DNA from: a virus
Virus record (IMG/VR): IMGVR_UViG_3300024346_000010
Length of the DNA stretch: 64,000 nt
Strand: one strand, 5' to 3'
A program made the position numbers and the translations under genes. Of this stretch, positions 57,203 through 64,000 are shown in pieces (position 1 is the stretch's first letter; every line of letters starts with the position of its first letter). The notes beneath the pieces were generated by a model, which worked only from the letters and a program-made list of their open reading frames with translations, did no database searches and was not told the DNA's origin.

Positions 57203-57592
57203 CCTGTAAACGTTGAAGCAACGTGGACACATTCTGGACCTGGGGGCGGTACCCAGCGACTCCACCATAAGGATACACAATGAAACAATATTCAAAAGAA
57301 TATTTAGAGTTTGAACTGAAACACACTAAAGAGTTGGTAGAACTTCATCATAACACAAGAGATGAAGAATTGAGACTTCAAATTTTAGAAGTTAGAAAAA
57401 CTCTTGAGCGTATCTTTTTGATGGGGTCGAAATTAGGATCGACAGGTGTGAAAGTGAAAGTGGAGTTTACCGGATGACTGCGTTATTGGTCAATTAAACT
57501 AAATGCAAATGAAAATTTCGCACCTACAGGTTACGCCCTAGCGGCATAATGCTGGTGGGTATGAGCACCACCTAGAAACAGAACGGACTCGC
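57203..57592 (+). ncRNA. ssrA: Circularly permuted two-piece tmRNA: acceptor piece about 57203-57267, intervening segment 57268-57422, coding piece 57423 to about 57592
   Basis: T-arm ctggg-ggcggta-cccag then CGACTCC-A-CCA (57257-57267), which pairs with downstream GGGGTCG (57423-57429) including G3.U70. D-loop-like AAATTAGGATCGAC. Tag GCA AAT GAA...GCG GCA TAA = ANENFAPTGYALAA* (57505-57549). Outer ends are approximate. Confidence 0.93.
57280..57477 (+). CDS. Putative small protein starting in the tmRNA intervening segment and ending inside the coding piece
   Basis: SD-like aagga before ATG; 47 stop-free codons in the AT-rich intervening segment; charged helical composition. Confidence 0.45.
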   Translation: MKQYSKEYLEFELKHTKELVELHHNTRDEELRLQILEVRKTLERIFLMGSKLGSTGVKVKVEFTG

Positions 57593-57619
57593 AACAACTT
57601 TAATTTTATAGGACTAAAA

Positions 57620-57955
57620 ATGAAAAATATTCTCTTGGCAACAGCCGCAACATTCGCTCTTACAACTTCTGCATTTGCAGCTGATCTAGGCTATGCCGGT
57701 GACGTTGAATATGATATTGAAACAGAAACAGCTGCACTTGAATTTGGACCAGCACTTTCAATGGCCGGTTTCCTAGTTGAACCAAAAATGCACGCAGGTG
57801 CTACATTTACAGACGGCGCAACAGTAAACTTTACTGGTGTATCTGCAAAAGCAACATACGGCGTAACTGCTAATGTTTCTGTATATGGTACAGTATCAGC
57901 TGACAAAGACTTTAAATACGACACAGCAACAGTTGGTGTTGGCTTTAACTTCTAA
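57620..57955 (+). CDS. Small outer-membrane beta-barrel-type protein
   Basis: Sec signal peptide (SAFA-AD), alternating beta-strands, C-terminal VGFNF beta-signal. Confidence 0.75.
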   Translation: MKNILLATAATFALTTSAFAADLGYAGDVEYDIETETAALEFGPALSMAGFLVEPKMHAGATFTDGATVNFTGVSAKATYGVTANVSVYGTVSADKDFKYDTATVGVGFNF

Positions 57956-57998
57956 TAACTGCCTTTGGCACAGGGATAGGCTATACGCCATCCGAATT

Positions 57999-58028
57999 AA
58001 AAGAGCGTCCTTGTGGCGCTCTTTTTTT
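57999..58028 (+). terminator. Rho-independent terminator
   Basis: aaaagagcgtc-cttgt-ggcgctc followed by T7. Confidence 0.8.
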
Positions 58029-58029
58029 A

Positions 58030-58037
58030 CATAAATA
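58030..58037 (+). promoter_or_regulatory. Late-promoter-like site
   Basis: CATAAATA, the same variant as upstream of gp13 (11646-11653). Confidence 0.55.
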
Positions 58038-58066
58038 TGAATGTTATTATATTATAGGACTATGCT

Positions 58067-58624
58067 ATGTTTAAAAAATTACTAATTGCAGTGCCATTGA
58101 TTCTTGCTTACTCTTTAGCAGTTGCTGAACCAATTGTTACTGAATCCACAACTGATAGTACTGTTACTTCGAATTCGAATTCAACTACAACTGTCAAAAC
58201 TGCACCACCATCAGCAATTTCACCTTCGATCAATACATCGAATAGTGACACATGTACGATCGGTGTTTCAGGCGCGGTTCAAACACAAATTCTTGGTATC
58301 TCTGCTGGTAAAACAGTTCGTGATATGAATTGTGAACGACTCAAAAATGCAAAAACTTTATATGACATGGGCATGAAAGTTGCTGCCGTGTCTGTTATGT
58401 GTCAAGATTCTAGAATCTTTGATGCTATGATGGATGCTGGCACACCTTGCCCATATGATGGAATGATTGGCGATGCTGCTAAGGAAGCTTGGAAACTAGA
58501 TGAGGGTAAACAACCATCAAATGTAAAACGAAGCACTATTCTGAAAGATATGGATGAAGATGATAAAAGCACTCTTAAAGGTGCCGCTGGTGTTGGTGGC
58601 CTCTTACTCTTATTGCTACTCTGA
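58067..58624 (+). CDS. Exported protein with Ser/Thr linker, Cys pairs and C-terminal hydrophobic tail
   Basis: Signal peptide AVA-EP; PPSAISP; four Cys; ends GGLLLLLLL. Confidence 0.75.
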   Translation: MFKKLLIAVPLILAYSLAVAEPIVTESTTDSTVTSNSNSTTTVKTAPPSAISPSINTSNSDTCTIGVSGAVQTQILGISAGKTVRDMNCERLKNAKTLYDMGMKVAAVSVMCQDSRIFDAMMDAGTPCPYDGMIGDAAKEAWKLDEGKQPSNVKRSTILKDMDEDDKSTLKGAAGVGGLLLLLLL

Positions 58625-59447
58625 AGTCATAACCGGACAAACCAATAACGCTACTAGCAATGGTTACAGTTGGAATATGGCTGATATATTACCGCCCGAG
58701 GCTGGTATAGAGGTTAGTGGTGTATTTCATCGTTATACTATAACGAAAGATCCATCTACTGATGCCACTGTTGTTATTCGTAATGAAGACGCAATAAATG
58801 GTGGTTATGTATACGAGAGAAACGATAGCTGGGATCAGTTACCCGGAAATACTAAAGTTGGATTTGATCCGATGATTACTAACATTCCAGGTAATAGATG
58901 GGGGCCTGGGGAAATATTTGTGAATGGTGATGGCACAATTAGTGATGCCAATATATCATACACATATCAGTTTGATACTTGTTACAATCCTTTATTAGAT
59001 CCAAGCTGTGATGGATATTTTGATTCTATGTATCAATATTTGTTAGATAATGGGCTTTTAGGCACTATTGATTATGATGATCCATATTATGATGAATTCG
59101 TACAAAGATATTTAGAAGAAAATGCAGAAACCGACCTTGAAGAAACTGAAATTCAAGAAGAAGTGATTACCGAAGAAGAAGAAACTGAAGAAAGATCGTT
59201 GGAAGAGGTGTTAGCTATTACAGGCGCTGCAGAATCGATCGGCGATGCAGCTCAGCAACAAGCTGCTATGGCACAATTAACTAATAGTATTCAATTTACT
59301 CCTTATTATAGCGTCACTATTCAAGGAGGAAAATACGAAGATTCTTTATCATTTGAAGATAAAGATATTCCCGACAACAGAAAAGCATTGAGCAATTTGG
59401 CAAGTCAACAATTGCATAGGGATATGGTTCGTTTACAATATGATTAA
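58554..59447 (+). CDS. Exported protein with beta-rich N-domain and Glu-rich linker
   Basis: Signal-like N-terminus; CxxPLxDPSC; Glu-rich tract; overlaps the upstream gene. Confidence 0.7.
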   Translation: MKMIKALLKVPLVLVASYSYCYSEVITGQTNNATSNGYSWNMADILPPEAGIEVSGVFHRYTITKDPSTDATVVIRNEDAINGGYVYERNDSWDQLPGNTKVGFDPMITNIPGNRWGPGEIFVNGDGTISDANISYTYQFDTCYNPLLDPSCDGYFDSMYQYLLDNGLLGTIDYDDPYYDEFVQRYLEENAETDLEETEIQEEVITEEEETEERSLEEVLAITGAAESIGDAAQQQAAMAQLTNSIQFTPYYSVTIQGGKYEDSLSFEDKDIPDNRKALSNLASQQLHRDMVRLQYD

Positions 59448-59472
59448 TAAGATAAACAATCGGAGAACTAAA

Positions 59473-59970
59473 ATGTTCAATACAAAAACACTTACAGTGG
59501 CGTTTTCGCTATTAGCATCTGCAAGCTTTGCAAATGTTAATATTACGGGCACAGTTCAGTCTAAATGTTCTGTTCATACTGAAACTCAGGGCGTATATGG
59601 TAACCCTACCGCCGACAAACTAAGCACTGCATCTGCAGATGGCGGCGTTGTTCCTCGTATTCGCTACGATGTTTCATTAGCTGATAGCTATATCGCAAAA
59701 ATCTCGTACCCGACATCATTCTCATCATCACCAACTTTGAATGATGTTGTTAACTGGACTGGTACTGTTGCGGTAGATAAAGTTACAGATCCATTAATGT
59801 CAGCATATGAAACAAATAAAGTCGTATACGATAGCACAACCGAATACGATATGACAATTGCCGGTAGCACATGGTTCACTATTGAATCCTCTGCCGAATA
59901 CGGATATAATCAGGCTCTTCCAGGCGGTAACTATACTGCTATCGTAGAAGCCGAATGTATCGCAAAGTAA
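59473..59970 (+). CDS. Exported pilin/fimbrial-subunit-like protein
   Basis: Signal peptide ASFA-N; N-terminal VNITGTVQSKCSV; C-terminal LPGGNYTAIVEAEC; SD ggag before ATG 59473. Confidence 0.6.
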   Translation: MFNTKTLTVAFSLLASASFANVNITGTVQSKCSVHTETQGVYGNPTADKLSTASADGGVVPRIRYDVSLADSYIAKISYPTSFSSSPTLNDVVNWTGTVAVDKVTDPLMSAYETNKVVYDSTTEYDMTIAGSTWFTIESSAEYGYNQALPGGNYTAIVEAECIAK

Positions 59971-59971
59971 T

Positions 59972-60343
59972 ATGAAGTATGTGATAGGGATATTGTTGGG
60001 GCTGTCTGGTGCAGCAAATGCTCATGAGATGGTTCCAGCTTATCCTACTATGAAACCGTCTTATATATCAGGCGTGTCAGTAACAAGTATGAAATTATTT
60101 AATAGAAGAGATGATGTTAGATATTATGAGATTGGTGTGTTTACGAGTGAATGGAAGCCAATTGCGTTTGCTTCAGAAGAAAAGATTATAAAGTTAGAGT
60201 ATTTAGGAAAAAAGACCTTTGAGGTTTATATCCGCAATAGTGATTTAGATGATGCTACCTATATTTGCACCTTATCTAAATTAGAAAAGGACAATGTTCG
60301 AACTACAGGAGTATCCTCTAAAATATGTTCGAAAATAAAGTGA
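59972..60343 (+). CDS. Exported protein resembling a single-domain PapD-like pilus chaperone
   Basis: Signal peptide ANA-HE; P........S....LFN.......Y.I.V pattern; two Cys. Confidence 0.5.
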   Translation: MKYVIGILLGLSGAANAHEMVPAYPTMKPSYISGVSVTSMKLFNRRDDVRYYEIGVFTSEWKPIAFASEEKIIKLEYLGKKTFEVYIRNSDLDDATYICTLSKLEKDNVRTTGVSSKICSKIK

Positions 60344-60352
60344 GGCAAAAAT

Positions 60353-60739
60353 GTGAGATATTTTATTATTTTTATGTTAATGGCAACATGCGCATATGGT
60401 GATTCAAGTTCAATAAGTTTAGGCTTACCTTCAATGCCACAAAACTATCAATCTGATAAGTTTAGGGCCGGAGAACTTGATTGCTCAAATGCTATTGGGT
60501 CAGCAACTAATATGGAATTTGGCGTGACTGGTACTGTTGAACAAGGCGGAGCCTTTGGAAATGATACGCCCGGTGATGTTGGAGTCTATGCCAGAATTGT
60601 CATACCTCTTGGCAAAAGAGTTAAGAGTAGAATTGATTGTAATAGACTATATGAATTAGAACTAAAAAAGAAACAACTCGAAGTTTTAAAACTCGAAGCA
60701 GAGTTAAAACAACTTAGAGAATTACAATTTGAAAATTAA
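60353..60739 (+). CDS. Exported protein with beta-hairpin and C-terminal coiled coil
   Basis: Signal peptide; MEFGVTG...VGVYARIVIPLG; Cys pair; LELKKKQLE..KLE.EL..L. Confidence 0.65.
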   Translation: MRYFIIFMLMATCAYGDSSSISLGLPSMPQNYQSDKFRAGELDCSNAIGSATNMEFGVTGTVEQGGAFGNDTPGDVGVYARIVIPLGKRVKSRIDCNRLYELELKKKQLEVLKLEAELKQLRELQFEN

Positions 60740-60787
60740 TTATTAAAATAGTGACATATATCATGGAAACCAAACAAAGGGTTAGAC

Positions 60788-61504
60788 ATGACTATAGATC
60801 GCTCAGCACACTTTGCCCATATGGCAGAGCTTGCGTATAAAGATGGTAAAGAAGCCAAACCTAATTTTAAAAAGTTAGGCTACACCTATCATAAGTTCAT
60901 CGACATTGACTGCGCACAGGTACATGTGTGCTGGAACAAAACTGAAATGGTTCTTGCTTTCCGTGGCACAGAACCGGGCGAGTTTTCTGATATTAAAGCA
61001 GATCTCAACGCATTCCCAGACCGAGCCCAAGTTGGTGGTTGGGTACACAACGGATTTCAAACTGAATTAGAAAAAGTATGGCAAGATGTTTTAAAAGTTA
61101 TGGGTGACAAACTTGGTTCCCGTAAACTATACATCTGTGGACATTCGTTAGGCGGCGCAATGGCAACTATTGCGGCTTCTCGACTAAATCCACATGCGTT
61201 GTACACATATGGATCACCTAGAGTGGGAACTAAAAAGTTCGTTAAGAATATTACATGCAAGCATTACAGGCATGTTAATAATAATGATATTGTTCCAAAG
61301 GTTCCATTTGCTTTTCTTGGTTATAGACATCATGGAGAGCTTCAATATATTAATTTCTACGGTAACATCCGTAAAATGACATCATGGCAGAGATTCAAAG
61401 ACGGTTTCAGAGGACGTCGCGCTGCTTGGAAAAATAAACAACCATTTGATGGCGCCCGTGATCACGGCATGTCCAATTATATAAAATACTTGGAGAAAGA
61501 ATAA
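60788..61504 (+). CDS. Lipase class 3 (alpha/beta hydrolase)
   Basis: AFRGT, VHNGF, GHSLGGA, TYGSPRVG, NDIVPKVP. Confidence 0.93.
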   Translation: MTIDRSAHFAHMAELAYKDGKEAKPNFKKLGYTYHKFIDIDCAQVHVCWNKTEMVLAFRGTEPGEFSDIKADLNAFPDRAQVGGWVHNGFQTELEKVWQDVLKVMGDKLGSRKLYICGHSLGGAMATIAASRLNPHALYTYGSPRVGTKKFVKNITCKHYRHVNNNDIVPKVPFAFLGYRHHGELQYINFYGNIRKMTSWQRFKDGFRGRRAAWKNKQPFDGARDHGMSNYIKYLEKE

Positions 61505-61956
61505 TGCCTAACGAGTATAAAGTAAAAGTTTTAAAGATCGTCGACGGCGACACTGTAGACGTGGATATTGATCTTGGGTTCGGTATCGTGCTCACGGACG
61601 AGCGCGTACGAATAGTTGGCATCGACACCCCAGAATCACGTACGTCAAATAAAGTTGAGAAGATCTTTGGACTTGTATCAAAGAATAGATTGAAGCAGCT
61701 ATTAGAAAAAGAAGCAATCCTAATCACATTCGATGATAAGAATGGTGAAGACATGAAGGGTAAGTTTGGTCGTGTGCTCGGTGACTTTAAATGCGGTGAC
61801 ACTACTGTATCTAAAGTGCTGATTGAAGAAGGACACGCTGTTCCATATCACGGTCAAAACAAAGCAGATGTTGAAATTGCTCACCTTGCAAACCGTAACA
61901 GACTAATGCAAGAAGGTGTAGTTGATCCTGCGGAAGTACAGGCGGCTGACAAATGA
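61504..61956 (+). CDS. Thermonuclease (SNase-like)
   Basis: IVDGDT, RVRIVGIDTPE, GKFGRVLG. Confidence 0.9.
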   Translation: MPNEYKVKVLKIVDGDTVDVDIDLGFGIVLTDERVRIVGIDTPESRTSNKVEKIFGLVSKNRLKQLLEKEAILITFDDKNGEDMKGKFGRVLGDFKCGDTTVSKVLIEEGHAVPYHGQNKADVEIAHLANRNRLMQEGVVDPAEVQAADK

Positions 61957-62234
61957 TTTGGGATATGGTAGAAAGGATGGCTAGTGACAGATTATGGATC
62001 TATACAAGCATTGCTGGCAGTATTGCTGGTGCTATGGTATTGGCTTATCTTAGCACTACACGAATCGGGTTATGGGGATATGCTCAATTCGATAGAGCAG
62101 TGGATTATCTCGTGGATCGTTGGGGACTAACTTGGTTAGAACAACCTGAAGATGCATGGAGAAAGAAATACCCAAAGATAACAAAGAAAATAGATGAATT
62201 GGAGGCAAGAATCAATGAACTGGATAAAAAGTAG
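61953..62234 (+). CDS. Membrane protein with C-terminal coiled coil
   Basis: One hydrophobic segment; KIDELEARINELDKK. Confidence 0.7.
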   Translation: MIWDMVERMASDRLWIYTSIAGSIAGAMVLAYLSTTRIGLWGYAQFDRAVDYLVDRWGLTWLEQPEDAWRKKYPKITKKIDELEARINELDKK

Positions 62235-62370
62235 ATTAGTAGAAAGAACGTCTCTGGATGGCGTAGTGTTGATCGGATGTGGTATCGCTATGATCCTAGC
62301 ACCCCTTAATCTTATCGCGTATGGCATGATCGCATACGGCGCTTGGACACTGTTGAAAGGTGAGAAGTAA
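62215..62370 (+). CDS. Small membrane protein (51 aa, holin-like)
   Basis: MNWIKSRLVERTSLDGVVLIGCGIAMILAPLNLIAYGMIAYGAWTLLKGEK; SD ggagg; stop overlaps the next ATG. Confidence 0.65.
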   Translation: MNWIKSRLVERTSLDGVVLIGCGIAMILAPLNLIAYGMIAYGAWTLLKGEK

Positions 62371-62714
62371 TGACTGAGGAAACAAAGGTCGCAAAAGAAT
62401 ATCATCCGGCTGACACCAACGGAGACGGTCATGTGTCTGCTGAAGAAGAAGCAATGTATCTTGAGTTCAAACGAAAGGAACTTGAAGATGCTGATGCTAT
62501 GCGTGATGCCCAAAGAAACATGACATGGTTTGCTCTAGGCGGACTATTACTATATCCATTTGCTGTTGTTCTTGCTTACATGGTGGGACTTGACTCGGCT
62601 GGTCAAATATTAGGCAATATGGCAGCAACATACTTTGTTTCGGTTGCTGGTATCGTGGCAGCATTCTTTGGCTCACAAGCATATGCTAAAAGCTCAGCTT
62701 CAAAACCTAAGTAA
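62370..62714 (+). CDS. EF-hand-like loop plus two-TM membrane protein (holin-like)
   Basis: DTNGDGHVSAEE loop and two TM segments. Confidence 0.7.
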   Translation: MTEETKVAKEYHPADTNGDGHVSAEEEAMYLEFKRKELEDADAMRDAQRNMTWFALGGLLLYPFAVVLAYMVGLDSAGQILGNMAATYFVSVAGIVAAFFGSQAYAKSSASKPK

Positions 62715-62723
62715 GGAAAGAAC

Positions 62724-63278
62724 ATGGCAGAGTTTGAATTTGGCGGAATGACTTTTCGAGGTGGTAAGATGGCGGTTGTACTAACGGCGCTGTCTACTGC
62801 AGGTGGAGCTTTGTGGGGTGGTTTTGAGTTCTATAAAGACTATGTTGATATGAAAGAAGTCGTACAGAATATCGACATAGATAAAATTAAAGCAGAGAAT
62901 GCATTAGTGCAAACAAAACTTGACGGAGCAATTGACTATACTCGCGATATTAAAGATGGCTTGCGTGATGATTTACTTAAGCTTGAACAAGCAGTAGATC
63001 GCATGGAAGATAAAGTAGACGAATCTGAAAATCGCGTTAAAGATGCCCAAGATAATATTGAACAAACGCTTGAAGGTATTCGCACTGAAATGAATCAGGT
63101 ACAAAAAGATGTAACAGCATCTATACGAGAAGTAGAAAAGACTATTAGAGAGTCAGAAAAAGATGTTCGTGACACAATGCGTGAGACGGAAACTCGTATA
63201 GATACTGATATGAGACAGCTTGATAAAGATATAAAAGAAGTCTTACAGGAAGCATTAGATAACCCATTGAACAATTAA
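62724..63278 (+). CDS. Membrane-anchored coiled-coil protein
   Basis: N-terminal hydrophobic segment followed by long helical repeats. Confidence 0.75.
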   Translation: MAEFEFGGMTFRGGKMAVVLTALSTAGGALWGGFEFYKDYVDMKEVVQNIDIDKIKAENALVQTKLDGAIDYTRDIKDGLRDDLLKLEQAVDRMEDKVDESENRVKDAQDNIEQTLEGIRTEMNQVQKDVTASIREVEKTIRESEKDVRDTMRETETRIDTDMRQLDKDIKEVLQEALDNPLNN

Positions 63279-63281
63279 CTG

Positions 63282-63309
63282 TTTACAAATGGGTATATAG
63301 TGGTATAAT
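63282..63309 (+). promoter_or_regulatory. Sigma70-type promoter
   Basis: TTTACA-N16-TATAAT. Confidence 0.7.
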
Positions 63310-63342
63310 ATAAAAGATTCTTTTATCAATGGGTAGTATACT

Positions 63343-64000
63343 ATGAGAATTTTGGGTGTTAGTGAAGGTTTCCATGATGCAGGTGTTGCATTAGTGGATA
63401 AAGGTGAGATCTTATATGCTGGTCATTCTGAGCGGTATTCTAAGATTAAGAATGACCCTAGGATTCATCCTGATCAGTATTTTGATCATGATCTATACGC
63501 ATATTATGAAAAGAATTGGCTTAAGAATACTCGAAGAGTTCTATTCGGACAAGAAGCCATAAAATCATATAAATGTGATTGGTGCTTTGATATGTGTAAA
63601 AAGAAAACATTCTATCACCATCAGTCACATGCTGCAGCTGGATTCCATACATCTCCGTTTGATAAAGCTAATGTATTAGTTATTGATTCCATTGGAGAAT
63701 GGGATACAATTTCTGTATGGGAAGCTTGGACGGATCATTATAATCACGCGCAGATGAGAAAGATCAAAAGCTGGAAGTATCCGTACTCTCTTGGTCTATT
63801 TTATTCTGCGGTCACACAACGTGTCGGATTAAAACCTAATGAAGACGAATATATTCTTATGGGCATGGCTGCGTATGGCGAACCTATCTATGATATGTCT
63901 GAACTACTACATCGCAATAATCATAAAGGCATTGGCGACTATTTGCCGAATGCAAAGAACGAAGACCTAGCTGCATCAGCCCAAGCTACGTTTGAAAAAG
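63343..64000 (+). CDS. Carbamoyltransferase (NodU/CmcH family), truncated by the window end
   Basis: MRILGVSEGFHDAGVAL...SERYSKIKND...HHQSHAAAGF..SPF...IDSIGEW...YPYSLGLFYS...EYILMGMAAYG; absent from the ORF track because it has no stop in the window. Confidence 0.9.
   Translation, partial: MRILGVSEGFHDAGVALVDKGEILYAGHSERYSKIKNDPRIHPDQYFDHDLYAYYEKNWLKNTRRVLFGQEAIKSYKCDWCFDMCKKKTFYHHQSHAAAGFHTSPFDKANVLVIDSIGEWDTISVWEAWTDHYNHAQMRKIKSWKYPYSLGLFYSAVTQRVGLKPNEDEYILMGMAAYGEPIYDMSELLHRNNHKGIGDYLPNAKNEDLAASAQATFEK

Noticed and set aside
57236-57267. tRNA-like T-arm and CCA end suggesting a tRNA gene
   Set aside because: There is no upstream 5' acceptor strand or anticodon arm. The complementary strand lies downstream, so this is the tmRNA acceptor piece.
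55970-57295. Long minus-strand ORFs (55970..56506, 56789..57295; likewise 34735..35244 and 39441..39932)
   Set aside because: They are antisense to well-supported genes or the tmRNA and have no SD or recognisable motifs.
1-64000. Stop-codon reassignment
   Set aside because: Core genes are full-length in the standard code and end in TAA, TAG and TGA.

Overview
The window is 64 kb of a T4-like myovirus genome (standard genetic code, almost all genes on the + strand). Several host-derived elements point to an alphaproteobacterial host, possibly Rhodobacteraceae: a circularly permuted two-piece tmRNA, a DUF1127 protein and a ROSE-like thermometer on hsp20. Gene order is: a glycosyltransferase/radical SAM-SPASM island (1-6.6 kb); Ala/Thr-rich fibre-type genes (6.7-11.6 kb); the T4 neck-to-capsid block gp13-gp23 (11.7-23.6 kb); uvsY, uvsW, gp55, gp47, gp46, gp45, gp44, gp62, regA, gp43, uvsX and gp41, interleaved with biosynthetic enzymes; an AEP-type primase and a cytosine-modification-like cluster (44.6-50.2 kb); thyX; tmRNA; a small beta-barrel-type outer-membrane protein; a five-gene operon of signal-peptide proteins with pilin- and chaperone-like members (58-60.7 kb); lipase, nuclease and membrane proteins; and a truncated carbamoyltransferase. 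The most interesting observations are: (1) a permuted tmRNA whose intervening segment carries the start of an ORF that would become a non-stop mRNA after processing; (2) a candidate phage-encoded pilus-like export system; (3) a duplicated 45-nt antisense promoter/hairpin/G-tract element; (4) a gp42-like hydroxymethylase paired with an aGPT-Pplase-like enzyme; (5) a ROSE-like thermometer. All calls come from motif recognition and synteny by eye; no searches or folding programs were run.
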